Notes under the pieces: model-generated | The model's database searches: none | Seen by the model: the letters and a program-made list of their open reading frames with translations, nothing else | What the model was told of the DNA's origin: nothing | Part shown: one piece after another, positions 47,593 through 58,513 of the stretch | How positions within the stretch are numbered: position 1 is the first letter of the stretch | Layout: each line of letters starts with the position of its first letter | NCBI GenBank assembly: GCA_964344885.1 | Contig: CAYFOW010000001.1 | Span: 15,278-79,277 of the forward strand | Direction of reading: 5' to 3' | DNA from: an uncultured Candidatus Nitrosopelagicus sp. | Lineage (GTDB): Archaea > Thermoproteota > Nitrososphaeria > Nitrososphaerales > Nitrosopumilaceae | Length of the DNA stretch: 64,000 bases | Position numbers and translations under genes: made by a program

Positions 47593-49014
47593 TTAATCAA
47601 CCCCCATATTTCGTACATCTGTAAAATGACCTTCAATTGCTGCAGCAGCTGCCATAACAGGACTAACTAAATGAGTCATACCTCCTGCACCTTGTCGTCC
47701 TTCAAAATTTCTATTAGATGTACTAGCACAACGCTCACCAGGATTTAGTATGTCAGGATTCATTCCAAGACACATGCTACATCCAGATTCCCTCCATTCA
47801 AAATTTGCGTCAAGAAAGATTTTATCAAGACCCATATCCTCTGCTTGTTTTTTTACCAATTGAGAACCAGGAACAATCATAGCATTAACATGCGATGCAA
47901 CTTTTTTTCCTTTTACAATTTTTGCAGCATCAACTAAATCCTCTAGTCTAGAATTTGTACAAGAACCAATAAACACACGATCAATCTTAATTTCCGTAAT
48001 TGGTGTACCAGGAGTTAATTTCATGTAATCCAATGCTTTTTGTGTACTTTGTGTTTGAACAGGATCATTATTTGCAAATTCATCTGGGAAAGGAATACTT
48101 TCAGTAACATCAGATACCATTGCAGGATTAGTTCCCCAACTTACTTGAGGAGCAATACTTTGTACATCTATAGAAAAAGATTTGTCAAATTTCGCATCAG
48201 GATCACTGAAGAGAGTATTTTTCCATTCTTCAACTAATGTATCAAAATTTGGCGGAGTGAATTTTCTATTTTTTAGATATTCAAATGTTTTTTCATCAGG
48301 TGCAATTAATCCTGCACGTGCTCCTGCCTCAATTGACATGTTACAAATTGTCATTCTCTGCTCTATAGAAAGATCAGTAATGCCTTGTCCACGATATTCA
48401 ATTACAGTTCCAGTTCCACCAGCAGTACCAATTTGCCTAATTATGGAAAGAATGATATCTTTAGATGTTACAGCAAATGAATTTGTTCTTTTACCTGTAA
48501 CAAGTACTTCAAAAGATTTCGGTTTTGACATCCACAATGTTTGAGTAGATAATACATGTTCAACTTCACTTGTACCAATTCCAAATGCCAGAGCACCAAA
48601 TGCACCATGAGTAGAAGTATGACTATCACCACATACAATTGTAGAGCCAGGCAATGTGATTCCTAATTGAGGTCCAATGACGTGTACAATTCCTTGATCA
48701 GGACTATTCATTCCAAATAATTTTATTCCAAACTCGTTACAGTTTTTTTCAAGAGTTTGAATTTGAATTGATGAAGTCTCATCCAGTATTGGAAGAGATC
48801 TGTCAGTGGTTGGAACATTATGGTCGATCGTTGCAATAGAAAGATCAGGTCGACGAACCTTTCGATTATTTTGTCTTAGACCATCAAACGCCTGTGGAGA
48901 AGTTACCTCATGAATAAGATGTCTGTCAATATACAGTAAAGATGGGGAGTCATTACGACTAACTACAACATGAGAATCCCAAATTTTTTCAAAGAGTGTT
49001 TTAGGCATCATCAA
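47593..49014 (-). CDS. leuC: 3-isopropylmalate dehydratase large subunit, bacterial type
   Basis: [43 protein letters not shown]. Confidence 0.95.
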   Translation of the reverse strand: MMMPKTLFEKIWDSHVVVSRNDSPSLLYIDRHLIHEVTSPQAFDGLRQNNRKVRRPDLSIATIDHNVPTTDRSLPILDETSSIQIQTLEKNCNEFGIKLFGMNSPDQGIVHVIGPQLGITLPGSTIVCGDSHTSTHGAFGALAFGIGTSEVEHVLSTQTLWMSKPKSFEVLVTGKRTNSFAVTSKDIILSIIRQIGTAGGTGTVIEYRGQGITDLSIEQRMTICNMSIEAGARAGLIAPDEKTFEYLKNRKFTPPNFDTLVEEWKNTLFSDPDAKFDKSFSIDVQSIAPQVSWGTNPAMVSDVTESIPFPDEFANNDPVQTQSTQKALDYMKLTPGTPITEIKIDRVFIGSCTNSRLEDLVDAAKIVKGKKVASHVNAMIVPGSQLVKKQAEDMGLDKIFLDANFEWRESGCSMCLGMNPDILNPGERCASTSNRNFEGRQGAGGMTHLVSPVMAAAAAIEGHFTDVRNMGVD

Positions 49015-49493
49015 GGTTTGTAATTAAACAACCCACCAGCAGAAATGATTTTGGAGATAATTTCAGAAAATGGTTGCATTTTGTAGGTTTTGTTTTTTGT
49101 AATATTTTTAATTTCATTAATTTCAATATTTACTTCTAATTGATCATTTTCAGAAATATCTGAAAATGTTTCAGAATCAATTTCAATAGGGAGTAAAAAT
49201 GCACCATCAACAGAATTCCTATAGAAAATTCGAGCAAATGAAACAGCTAATACAGCTTTGATTCCAGAATGTGACAACGCAATTGGTGCATGTTCTCTAG
49301 ATGATCCACAACCAAAGTTCTTTCCAGCCACAATAAAATCACCAGGTTTAACTTTTTTATGAAAATCTGGATCTATGCCTTCCATTGCATGAGTTGCCAA
49401 TTCATCATAATCATGAATTTTCAAATATGTACCGGGAATTATGACATCAGTATCGATGTTATCTTGATCATATTTTATTACGTTGCCTTTCAA
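49011..49493 (-). CDS. Homoaconitase/IPMI small subunit, archaeal type
   Basis: [26 protein letters not shown]. Confidence 0.88.
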   Translation of the reverse strand: MKGNVIKYDQDNIDTDVIIPGTYLKIHDYDELATHAMEGIDPDFHKKVKPGDFIVAGKNFGCGSSREHAPIALSHSGIKAVLAVSFARIFYRNSVDGAFLLPIEIDSETFSDISENDQLEVNIEINEIKNITKNKTYKMQPFSEIISKIISAGGLFNYKP

Positions 49494-50761
49494 TTCAAAT
49501 CCCTCGGGTCAGTAAGTTTTCCTGTAATAGCAGATGCTGCAGCAACAAGAGGAGATGCAAGATAAGTCTGAGATTCAACATGTCCCATCCTACCTGGGAA
49601 ATTCCTATTTGTTGTACTAACACAGATCTCATCTTTTGCTAAGACACCCATGTGTGCTCCACAACAAGCCCCACAAGTTGGTGGACCAACTGTAACACCT
49701 GCATCAAGAAAGATTTGAATCAATCCTTTTTTCATTGCACGTCTATAAATTGAGATTGTTGCAGGTAAAATTTCAGTTCTAATTTTTACAGTTCTTCCCT
49801 TTAGAATTTTTGCAGCAGCTTCCAAGTCTTCCATTTTTGCACCAGTACACGAACCAATGTATGATTTATCTAATTCAGTTACAGACATGTCATGAACTAC
49901 AGAGATATTTTCAGGTGAAAATGGTTTTGCTACAGTAGGTTCTAATTCAGACGCATTATATTCAAAAATTTCATCATATTGTGCATCAGAGTCACCAACA
50001 AGTGGTGAAAAATTAGATGCACCACGGGATTCTAAATAATCGAAGACTTTTTGATCAGGCTCAACAATTCCATTTTTGGCACCTGCTTCAGTAGTCATAT
50101 TTGTAAGAGTTAGTCTTGCTTCAACAGACATTTCAGAAATTGCATCCCCACCAAATTGCATAGTTTTGTATGCTGCTCCATCTGTACCAATATCACCAAT
50201 GATTTTTAGGATTAGATCCTTGGCCATGACATGATCAGGTAATTTTCCATTAATTTTGAACAGTAATGTTTCAGGAATTTTAAACCAAATCTGTCCATTT
50301 AATAATACATATGCAACATCAGTATGACCCAACCCACATGCAAATGCACCTAATGCACCAGTGGTATTAGTATGAGAATCACCTCCAACATATACTTCGC
50401 CAGGTAACACCAAAGCTTCTTCATGAGACAAAGAATGACAGACGCCATACTGTCCCATTCCATATTTGAAGTGTTTTTCAATTCCAAATTCTTTAGTGAA
50501 ATTTGTTAATTTTACAATATTTTCAGCAGATATTTTTTCTGCAGAAGGCACAAAGTGATCTTCGGCAACCCAAACTTTTGTAGGATCAAATAATTTATCA
50601 ATTTTCATTCCTTGTTTTTTGAGTTTATCAAATACTTTCAAAACACCAGGGCCAGATACATCATGAACCATTACTTTATCGACATTTGCAAAGACTACAT
50701 CACCTGGAGATACTGAGGATTTTCCAGATGCTCTTGCAAGGATTTTTTCAGTGATGTTCAT
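49490..50761 (-). CDS. Homoaconitase/IPMI large subunit, archaeal type
   Basis: EKILARA, GGDSHT, IGSCTG, CGACCG, STTNRNFPGRMG. Confidence 0.9.
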   Translation of the reverse strand: MNITEKILARASGKSSVSPGDVVFANVDKVMVHDVSGPGVLKVFDKLKKQGMKIDKLFDPTKVWVAEDHFVPSAEKISAENIVKLTNFTKEFGIEKHFKYGMGQYGVCHSLSHEEALVLPGEVYVGGDSHTNTTGALGAFACGLGHTDVAYVLLNGQIWFKIPETLLFKINGKLPDHVMAKDLILKIIGDIGTDGAAYKTMQFGGDAISEMSVEARLTLTNMTTEAGAKNGIVEPDQKVFDYLESRGASNFSPLVGDSDAQYDEIFEYNASELEPTVAKPFSPENISVVHDMSVTELDKSYIGSCTGAKMEDLEAAAKILKGRTVKIRTEILPATISIYRRAMKKGLIQIFLDAGVTVGPPTCGACCGAHMGVLAKDEICVSTTNRNFPGRMGHVESQTYLASPLVAAASAITGKLTDPRDLN

Positions 50762-50839
50762 AATCGAAAATGCATGGTTTTGAGATTAAAAGCTTTTCAG
50801 AAGAGTAAAAAGAAGTATGAAATTATTTTATTTGTGTCA

Positions 50840-51598
50840 TTGACTGTAATTCCAATAAAATCTGCAAAAAAAACCGGCATGTTTGATCTTTTTAAGACCA
50901 TCAATGAATCGATTAAAAATAATCAACAATGTTTAGAAGATGGAGATATTATCGTCATTTCCAGTAAGTTTGTGTCTCACTCACAAGGGCGATTAATTGA
51001 CTATAATCTAGTTGTACCATCACAAAATGCCAGAAATATTGCAGGTAGATATTTGATTCAGCCTCAGATATGTGAGGTGATTTTACGAGAATCTGATAAA
51101 ATTTTTGGCGGAGTTCCAGGATTCATCATCACCTCGACAAAAAAGATTCTTGCTCCAAATGCAGGAATTGATAAATCAAATGCTAAAGGAAAGTTAATTC
51201 TATATCCTCATGAATCTTACAAGATTGCAGAAAATTTAAAGCGAAAAATCTTCTTAGAAGAATCAATTCATGTGGGCATAATTATCGTAGACAGCAGATT
51301 GATGCCTGTAAGGGTAGGTACAGTTGGAGTTGCCATAGCTTGTGCAGGATTTGAACCAGTTACAGACATGAGAACAAAAAAAGATCTAGATGAAAACCCA
51401 TTAAAAGTGACATTCAAGGCAACTGCAGACAATTTAGCATCAATTGCAAATTTCAAAATGGGTGAAGGAAATGAATCTCAGCCTATTGCAATAGTCAGAA
51501 ATTCAGGAGTAAAAATGACAGATAGAAAGATTATTGATGATGAAATGGTTGTTCCAAACGATGAATGTGTGTACATTAGAGGGCTTTCAGGGGATTAA
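50840..51598 (+). CDS. cofE: Coenzyme F420-0:L-glutamate ligase
   Basis: DIIVISSKFVS..QG, NAGID.SN, D..GR-like DSR, D.LAS.A...MGEG.E..P; ORF track start 50774. Confidence 0.85.
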   Translation: MTVIPIKSAKKTGMFDLFKTINESIKNNQQCLEDGDIIVISSKFVSHSQGRLIDYNLVVPSQNARNIAGRYLIQPQICEVILRESDKIFGGVPGFIITSTKKILAPNAGIDKSNAKGKLILYPHESYKIAENLKRKIFLEESIHVGIIIVDSRLMPVRVGTVGVAIACAGFEPVTDMRTKKDLDENPLKVTFKATADNLASIANFKMGEGNESQPIAIVRNSGVKMTDRKIIDDEMVVPNDECVYIRGLSGD

Positions 51599-51648
51599 TG
51601 CATAATTACAGATACTCGTTTAAATAGAGGAATTTTCTGGCTTGATCA

Positions 51649-52203
51649 ATGCCAGAATATTTGACTACATACCCAAAAACAATCTCATTTCTAGATGGAT
51701 TAAAAAGTAGAATATCTATTGAAGACAAATCAAGTGTAGAGCAATTACACATAGTAGTTAAAAAAAATGCAGAAGAATTATTCAAAATCTTCAGGCAGGA
51801 AGGATTTACCAAAGTGAAATTTGAACATAAACAACCTGATCAAATTGGGAATGGATTATCATTAAAATTAAAAAAACCTTGGGAGATGCATGTCAGATTA
51901 ACAGATATGAAAAAGGGGCTTGTTGCAATCCATGCAGAAGTAGAAGTTTCAAGAGATTATTTACAGCATCTCTTTTGTCAAAGAACACCAGTCGTATATG
52001 AAATCGGAGAGATGCTAGAAAAAAACGGCATAGAATACAAAGTATGGAATGATAAAATTAAAAAATATGTTAATACGATTTTTGATAATTACAAAATCAA
52101 ATTACTTACACCAAGTATCCCTGTATTTGCATGGAAACCAATGTTATTTGTAATAGGTACAATTGGAGCGATGTATCTATGGAAATACGTCAATACAATT
52201 TAG
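51649..52203 (+). CDS. Conserved hypothetical protein with C-terminal TM
   Basis: 184 aa; PWEMHVRL, HAEVEVSRDY.QH. Confidence 0.7.
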   Translation: MPEYLTTYPKTISFLDGLKSRISIEDKSSVEQLHIVVKKNAEELFKIFRQEGFTKVKFEHKQPDQIGNGLSLKLKKPWEMHVRLTDMKKGLVAIHAEVEVSRDYLQHLFCQRTPVVYEIGEMLEKNGIEYKVWNDKIKKYVNTIFDNYKIKLLTPSIPVFAWKPMLFVIGTIGAMYLWKYVNTI

Positions 52204-52209
52204 AAAAAA

Positions 52210-52986
52210 TTAAGTTAATTCATGCAAGTTTACAGTGATTTTAGTCATTGCAAGAGTCATCTCATCAGGAATAACTATTAACAGACCAGCATCAGATGAA
52301 ATATTCTCACATTTTCCACTAAAACTCTGGAAATTTCGACCATAGCAGTCGGGAGAATCATAGAATGTAAAGGAATTAGGATCTTGAATGTATTTTATTT
52401 GCTCGTCAATTGACGGGATAAAAAATACATCAAATGCAGTTTTTTTATCATGAATTTTTATACTATATTCATACGAAGTAGATTTTTTAGATGTGCAAAT
52501 TGGAATAAACTGAGAAAATCCAGAGAGGAGTTTTTCGTCATGTTCTGATAAGGAATAATTTTCATTTGAAACAAGAGAGAATTTTTCAAAACTACTACCA
52601 GTTTTTTCTTGTTCGCCAGAAATAAATTCAATTTGTTGTCTTAGAATGTCTGCACCCTGTCTAGCATAATGTGGTTCCCATCTATCAGAGCAGCTTGTGT
52701 CATGTGTAACTTCGATGAATGATTTTTCATGAATGTGTTTTACTTCATCAACACCATTTTGTTTTTTCTGCGGTAATTCCTGAAATGAATCTGTTTTTGT
52801 CCACACGTCAGTTACATCAAAGAAAATGTTTGTAGGATAGCTATTCCAGTCAGTAGACAAATGAACATAAAATGAATATTTGTTAATAAATTCTTCACCT
52901 TCAATTACATAGATGCTTAGATAATGAGCAGAAATTGCAGAAATAATTAGAACACCGATTACTACAGAGATTAAAAGAGCCTTCAC
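52210..52986 (-). CDS. Membrane-anchored/secreted hypothetical protein
   Basis: N-terminal hydrophobic segment, paired Cys residues. Confidence 0.65.
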   Translation of the reverse strand: MKALLISVVIGVLIISAISAHYLSIYVIEGEEFINKYSFYVHLSTDWNSYPTNIFFDVTDVWTKTDSFQELPQKKQNGVDEVKHIHEKSFIEVTHDTSCSDRWEPHYARQGADILRQQIEFISGEQEKTGSSFEKFSLVSNENYSLSEHDEKLLSGFSQFIPICTSKKSTSYEYSIKIHDKKTAFDVFFIPSIDEQIKYIQDPNSFTFYDSPDCYGRNFQSFSGKCENISSDAGLLIVIPDEMTLAMTKITVNLHELT

Positions 52987-53068
52987 GGAATTTTTTCATT
53001 AAAACTGGATATATAACATACGTAGAATATTCCATCTAACTATTAATTACAAAAGCCACTAAAGAGTA

Positions 53069-53596
53069 ATGTTGAATCAACAAGATGCAACTATTCTAAA
53101 GTACTATGGAATCTCACCGTGGGAGATTGAAGTAGTTCATGGGATTTTTAATGGAAAGTTTCAGGTAATTCAAGAAGAAACAGAAGTATTTGATGATGAT
53201 TATGTTAGTGTTCTACACATTCATATTCCAATAATGTTTGGTGAAGAATTTTTCAAATGGTTTGAATTTAAGACGTGGGAAAATGTTAAATCAATTTTTA
53301 AAGAAATGAAAAGACGTAGGGGAACAGGAAAAGCAATAAAAATTGAATTATTTTTTCTAGGGGAGTTAGATATTAGATTTGTAATTGATCTGGATGAACG
53401 ACAGTGGTTTGATAATGCAATTGAGAAGATAGATTTTGTTGTAGAATTACTTCCACACCATTTATCACCAGACAAAATTCCAAAGGGGATGACTGAAGCA
53501 ATTTACAAATTTGATACAAACGCAGGTAGATGGAGATTTATGTCAGCAAAAGTAGGCAGCAATGAATACATCATTTCAAAAGATCCTAGTCTTTGA
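53069..53596 (+). CDS. Hypothetical protein
   Basis: 175-aa ORF. Confidence 0.7.
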   Translation: MLNQQDATILKYYGISPWEIEVVHGIFNGKFQVIQEETEVFDDDYVSVLHIHIPIMFGEEFFKWFEFKTWENVKSIFKEMKRRRGTGKAIKIELFFLGELDIRFVIDLDERQWFDNAIEKIDFVVELLPHHLSPDKIPKGMTEAIYKFDTNAGRWRFMSAKVGSNEYIISKDPSL

Positions 53597-54068
53597 TGTC
53601 TTTTTCAAATGGTTCTAAAGCAGAATGTAATTCCTTATACTTTGCCTCAAGAAATTCTAATGACTCACTAAGTTTCTTAGTTTTCCCATACTTGTACCTA
53701 ACAAGTTCTCTATGATGCCAATGTGTCTTGTTATCTGAGGATAGAATTGTAGTAAAAAAATCAGTCCCTTTCAAGGAATCAGGCAATTTGAACTCATAAG
53801 GAAACAAAAACTCCACAATAAACCATTCATCACCATCAGGATAATCAGAGCCAGTATCTATATCAAAAAATATATGCAATAATGCAGATTGCATTAATCC
53901 ATTATCAGTAATTATTGGATGGGAGATATTTGATTTTTTAAAATCTAGTGCAACTAATTCAGATTCAAAAAAACCTTTGATAATTGATCTTCGAAAGATT
54001 TTGTTTACTTCATTGATGTTCAAGGAATAAAATAAAATCAAAATACTTGCTAATAACTGATATGTCAT
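53586..54068 (-). CDS. Hypothetical protein
   Basis: 160-aa ORF; start uncertain. Confidence 0.65.
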   Translation of the reverse strand: MTYQLLASILILFYSLNINEVNKIFRRSIIKGFFESELVALDFKKSNISHPIITDNGLMQSALLHIFFDIDTGSDYPDGDEWFIVEFLFPYEFKLPDSLKGTDFFTTILSSDNKTHWHHRELVRYKYGKTKKLSESLEFLEAKYKELHSALEPFEKDIKD

Positions 54069-54118
54069 TAACCAAATTAGAAAAATTTAATTTTACGCAA
54101 GGTAATTGATGAAAAATA

Positions 54119-55084
54119 TTATACAGATAATGATTCAATTAAATTAGAAATACGTGCAACTGATTTCTCATTTTTTGAGATATTTTGATTTGCAGGGGAG
54201 TTTTCAACATAATTACTAATCATATCAGAAATTCTTGTGCCGTATTCAGATATGTGATTATTTTGGTAGAAAATTCCTGTCGGGATTTTTGTATCCCATT
54301 CCAGTGATTTGATTAATGCTTGAGATAGTTTTTCATTGTTCTCAGTTTCATTATTTGAATGCACAACTGGATCATATCCAGTTTCATCAAGTTTATAGAT
54401 TCTAGGCATGGGTTTTTTTGTTTGTTCATCAATTCTGTCAACACCGCTAAACCAATCACGGGTGTTAACATCATTATATGTAGGACAAGGTTGTAACACA
54501 TCGATAAATGCAAGACCTTTGTGTTGAATTGCAGATACCAAGAGATTTTTCAAATGACGTACATCATATGCATATCCTCTTGCAACAAATGTAAAGCCAC
54601 TTGCAATTGCAAGACCAATAGGATTAACAGAATAATTCACATTTGGATTAGAAAGTGATTTTGTTTGCACACCTAATTTCATAGTAGGTGATGCCTGACC
54701 TTTTGTTAATCCATAAACTGCATTGTTAAACATTACATAAGTCATGTCAATATTTCGTCTTCCTGCGGCTACAAAATGACCTGCACCGATTCCAAGACCA
54801 TCTCCATCACCTCCAGCAGCAATGACAGTCATTTCAGGATGTGCAAGTTTTGAGCCTTGTGCAAATGTTAAAACACGTCCATGTAATGTATGAACACCAA
54901 AAACATTGATGTAATGAGAGGTCTTTCCAGAACACCCAATTCCAGAAAATATGGCTGATTTATGAGTGGGTATATTTGCATCAGCTAATGCCATCTGAAT
55001 TGCATTAACAATTCCAAAATCACCACATCCAGGACACCAATCATTATGCACATCAGTCTTGTAATCAGAGAATTTAAGCGCCAT
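54119..55084 (-). CDS. korB: 2-oxoacid:ferredoxin oxidoreductase beta subunit
   Basis: WCPGCGD, SGIGCS, HGR, GGDGD....G, QPCPTYN. Confidence 0.93.
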   Translation of the reverse strand: MALKFSDYKTDVHNDWCPGCGDFGIVNAIQMALADANIPTHKSAIFSGIGCSGKTSHYINVFGVHTLHGRVLTFAQGSKLAHPEMTVIAAGGDGDGLGIGAGHFVAAGRRNIDMTYVMFNNAVYGLTKGQASPTMKLGVQTKSLSNPNVNYSVNPIGLAIASGFTFVARGYAYDVRHLKNLLVSAIQHKGLAFIDVLQPCPTYNDVNTRDWFSGVDRIDEQTKKPMPRIYKLDETGYDPVVHSNNETENNEKLSQALIKSLEWDTKIPTGIFYQNNHISEYGTRISDMISNYVENSPANQNISKNEKSVARISNLIESLSV

Positions 55085-56984
55085 GAGTTAGAACCTCCCT
55101 CTTCTTAGCAGTACCGTTAATGATTTTTTTAACAGAGTCATAGATTTCAGAACTAGTCATCGGACGTCCAGTATATTTTAGAATGTAATAATCAATATCT
55201 CTTCCTGTTCCCTGTTTGAATAGATTGCTTAATTGTCCAGTATAATTGGACTCCACATCAATAATGAATTTAGAATCTTTCAGAAACGAAGTAACTAATT
55301 TTTCAGGAAAAGGATGTAAAAGTTTCATGTGTAAAAATCCCACAGATATTTCCTCTTGTTTTAATTGGTCTAATGCATCTAAAATTGCACCTTTATTTGA
55401 TCCCCAGCTAATTATTGTATAATCAGACACACCAAATGAGACAATTTGTTCTTCAGAAGGAATCTGTTCTAAAATAAGTTCAAGCTTGGACATTCTTTTT
55501 TTCATCATTTTTTCACGTATAACAGGATCTTCGGAAATATGACCATATTCGTCTCGTTCATCCCCTGTATTCCAAAAAACACCGTTTTCTAATCCTAATT
55601 TCGACCTTGGAGAGATTCCATCAGAGGTAATTTCAAACCTCTTGTAATCGCCATTTTTTATTTTTTCTAATAATTTTCCTCTATTAATTGAGATTTTATC
55701 CATTTCAAATTTTTCACATGTAACAACTGAGCTGGCTAAATTCTTATCCATTAAATGAATTACTGGGATTTGAAAAATATCTGAATAATTAAAACAATTT
55801 GCAGTGTCATAGAAACTTTCTTCCACATCACCAGATGCATAGACTAATTTGGGAAATTCCCCATGTCCTGCATGTACTGCAAATGCAAGATCGTCTTGAC
55901 CATGACGAGTTGGTAGTCCAGTTGATGGTCCACTTCGTTGATATAATGTAATTACTAATGGTACTTCATTAATTCCAGCCCATCCCAGTGCTTCAACCAT
56001 TAAAGAGAAGCCAGGGCCAGAAGTACATGTAGAAGATCTTGCGCCAGTTAATGCACCACCAATAGTCATTCCAATTGCAGAGATTTCATCTTCAGTTTGT
56101 ACAACTATAATAGAATCATTTGAGCCATCAACATTTTCGATAATTTGATTTGCTTCAAGATAATTACTTTCATCAGACGCAGGAGTAATTGGATAATAGG
56201 GCTGAAATCTACACCCACATGCAATTTTACCTAGAGCAGTTCCTTGAAATCCCTGTAACAATAAACGATTAGGATTATCATCATAAACTTCCAACGTTTG
56301 TGTGAATCCAGAGAAATTTGCAGTGGCAAAATTATATGTAAAAGTTGCAGCCTGTTTATTTATTTCAGCAATTTGTGGTTTTTTTGAAAAGATTTTGTCT
56401 ATCGAATCCAATAATTCAGCAGAAGGGATTTTAAGTAATCCAGCAGATAATGAAACACCCATTACATTAAACATCCGGATCATTCCTTTGAGACGAGGAT
56501 TTTCAAGATTATCAGATAGATTAGATAGTAAGGTTCTAAATGAAATTGGAAATAGTAAAACACCATTATGTTTTAGAATAGAAATTATTCCGTTAATGTC
56601 ATGTGTTTGGTTTTGTGATGATAATAATTCTTTTAATCGATTTTTGTAGAGTTTATTTATAGTTGGAATTTCATCAATTGTCTTTTCTTGGAGATCAGAG
56701 TCATAAATTAATGCACCACCAGTTTTGATTTCATCATAATGTCGAAAGATTGTTTCTGCATCAAAAGAAACCATTACATCAACATAATTCACATTAGAAC
56801 GAATTTGTTCATTTGATACACGAACTGTAAAATAACTATGCTCACCTTTTATGTTAGAATAAAACTCTCTTTTACCAAAAACATGGCAGCCCAATTTAGC
56901 ACATACATGTGCAAAAATATTAGAAGCAGATTCAACACCACTACCTTGAGGGCCTCCAATTAACCAAGTTAATTCAGATTTCAT
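55074..56984 (-). CDS. korA: 2-oxoacid:ferredoxin oxidoreductase alpha(+gamma) subunit
   Basis: GGPQGSG, YYPITPAS, TEDEISA, TSGPGFSLM.E, QRSGPSTGLPT. Confidence 0.93.
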   Translation of the reverse strand: MKSELTWLIGGPQGSGVESASNIFAHVCAKLGCHVFGKREFYSNIKGEHSYFTVRVSNEQIRSNVNYVDVMVSFDAETIFRHYDEIKTGGALIYDSDLQEKTIDEIPTINKLYKNRLKELLSSQNQTHDINGIISILKHNGVLLFPISFRTLLSNLSDNLENPRLKGMIRMFNVMGVSLSAGLLKIPSAELLDSIDKIFSKKPQIAEINKQAATFTYNFATANFSGFTQTLEVYDDNPNRLLLQGFQGTALGKIACGCRFQPYYPITPASDESNYLEANQIIENVDGSNDSIIVVQTEDEISAIGMTIGGALTGARSSTCTSGPGFSLMVEALGWAGINEVPLVITLYQRSGPSTGLPTRHGQDDLAFAVHAGHGEFPKLVYASGDVEESFYDTANCFNYSDIFQIPVIHLMDKNLASSVVTCEKFEMDKISINRGKLLEKIKNGDYKRFEITSDGISPRSKLGLENGVFWNTGDERDEYGHISEDPVIREKMMKKRMSKLELILEQIPSEEQIVSFGVSDYTIISWGSNKGAILDALDQLKQEEISVGFLHMKLLHPFPEKLVTSFLKDSKFIIDVESNYTGQLSNLFKQGTGRDIDYYILKYTGRPMTSSEIYDSVKKIINGTAKKREVLTHGA

Positions 56985-57031
56985 AAGGGTTACAACGTTT
57001 TATCAAATATTAATAAGATGGTTGCATAATT

Positions 57032-57178
57032 TCAACCACCAGTAGCAGCATCAAATAATGCGCATTCACATTTATCTCGTTCACCACAATATGGGCAAAC
57101 GCAGACACATGACTCCATAGAATTCCCACACTCAACACATAAAACATAATCTGCCTCCTCATGGTTTTTGGAATTCAT
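57032..57178 (-). CDS. 48-aa Cys-rich microprotein ending in TGG
   Basis: Manual ORF MNSKNHEEADYVLCVECGNSMESCVCVCPYCGERDKCECALFDAATGG. Confidence 0.7.
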   Translation of the reverse strand: MNSKNHEEADYVLCVECGNSMESCVCVCPYCGERDKCECALFDAATGG

Positions 57179-57238
57179 AATATGTAATTTACAAACAATT
57201 CTAATGGTTTAAGTTTATCTTGAAGAATTCGGAATTAA

Positions 57239-58207
57239 ATGCGTGGTAAAAAGAAAATTCTGTTAACACGGAAATTACATGAATTTGCATTAAAAAAATT
57301 AGAAAAAAAATATGACATAAAAATCCATTATGGAAAAATTCCAATGCCAAAACGAAAGTTAATCAAAGAAATTCATAATATGGATGGACTAATTTGTTTT
57401 CCGTATGACATTATTGATAGAGATGTAATTGATAGTGCAAGAAAATTATTAACAATTAGCACATTTAGCGTAGGATTTGATCATATAGATATCAAATATG
57501 CAAAAAGTAAAGGAATTATTTTAGGATATACACCAGAGGTATTAACAAAAGCTACTGCAGATTTAACGATTTCATTAATGCTTGATGTAATGCGAAGAAT
57601 TTCAGAAGGAGACAGATTAATCAGAAATGGGAAATGGAAAGAGATTTTTGGTGCACATGATTACGTAGGAGTTGATATTTCAGAAAAAACACTTGGAATT
57701 ATAGGATTAGGAAGAATTGGAGATGCAGTGGCAAAAAGAGCATCAGCATTTGAAATGAATGTAATTTATCATAACAGAACAAGGCTTTCAAAGAAAATTG
57801 AGGATCATCTCAATGTAAAATATGCATCATTAAATGAATTGATAAAAAAGAGTGATGTAATTTCATTACACGTTCCAGATTCACAAAGTACTAGAGAAAT
57901 GGTAGATATGGAATTTCTAAAAAGGATGAAAGATAATGCATTTTTAATTAATACATCTAGAGGAAAGATCATCAAAGAAAATGATCTAATTAGTGCATTA
58001 AAACAGAAAGTTATTGCCGGTGCAGGATTAGATGTTTTTTTTAATGAACCAATCAATAAAAGCCATAAACTAACCAAAATGGAAAATGTTGTTTTAGCAC
58101 CACATATTGGAAGCTCTACAAAAGAAACACGGGAAAAAATGGCACAAATAACAATAGATAATTTAGATCAAGGAATTAAGAGATTAAAACCGAAATATTC
58201 AATTTAA
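57239..58207 (+). CDS. D-isomer-specific 2-hydroxyacid dehydrogenase (glyoxylate/hydroxypyruvate reductase-like)
   Basis: SVGFDHID, GIIGLGRIG, INTSRG, AGLDVF.NEP, PHIGS. Confidence 0.93.
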   Translation: MRGKKKILLTRKLHEFALKKLEKKYDIKIHYGKIPMPKRKLIKEIHNMDGLICFPYDIIDRDVIDSARKLLTISTFSVGFDHIDIKYAKSKGIILGYTPEVLTKATADLTISLMLDVMRRISEGDRLIRNGKWKEIFGAHDYVGVDISEKTLGIIGLGRIGDAVAKRASAFEMNVIYHNRTRLSKKIEDHLNVKYASLNELIKKSDVISLHVPDSQSTREMVDMEFLKRMKDNAFLINTSRGKIIKENDLISALKQKVIAGAGLDVFFNEPINKSHKLTKMENVVLAPHIGSSTKETREKMAQITIDNLDQGIKRLKPKYSI

Positions 58208-58263
58208 TTTAAAAAGAGATTGTAAAAAATAATTTTCTGATCTGTTACTGTGATTTCTATCAA

Positions 58264-58453
58264 CAGAAATTTCCATATGATCAGACAATCTTTCCATAAA
58301 TTTTCAAAACTTTCCAAAAACTGAAAAAACTTTCCATGTTCATTTCAGAACTTTCCAAAAATCACTATAACTTTCAATAGTTATTTGAGATTTTACGTAT
58401 ACGTAAATTATATCATAATAGCATAATGGAAAGATTTGTGGGATAATGGAAAG
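58264..58453. repeat. Palindrome-centred phased repeat element, copy 2
   Basis: TTTCC-type cores at 58270, 58291, 58311, 58331, 58352, 58372; TTTACGTATACGTAAA at 58392-58407; GGAAAG at 58428 and 58448. Confidence 0.9.
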
Positions 58454-58513
58454 ATTATGAGTGTATTTGTCAAGAAATTACTCAATTAAATAATCATTAG
58501 TGTAGATTACAGA

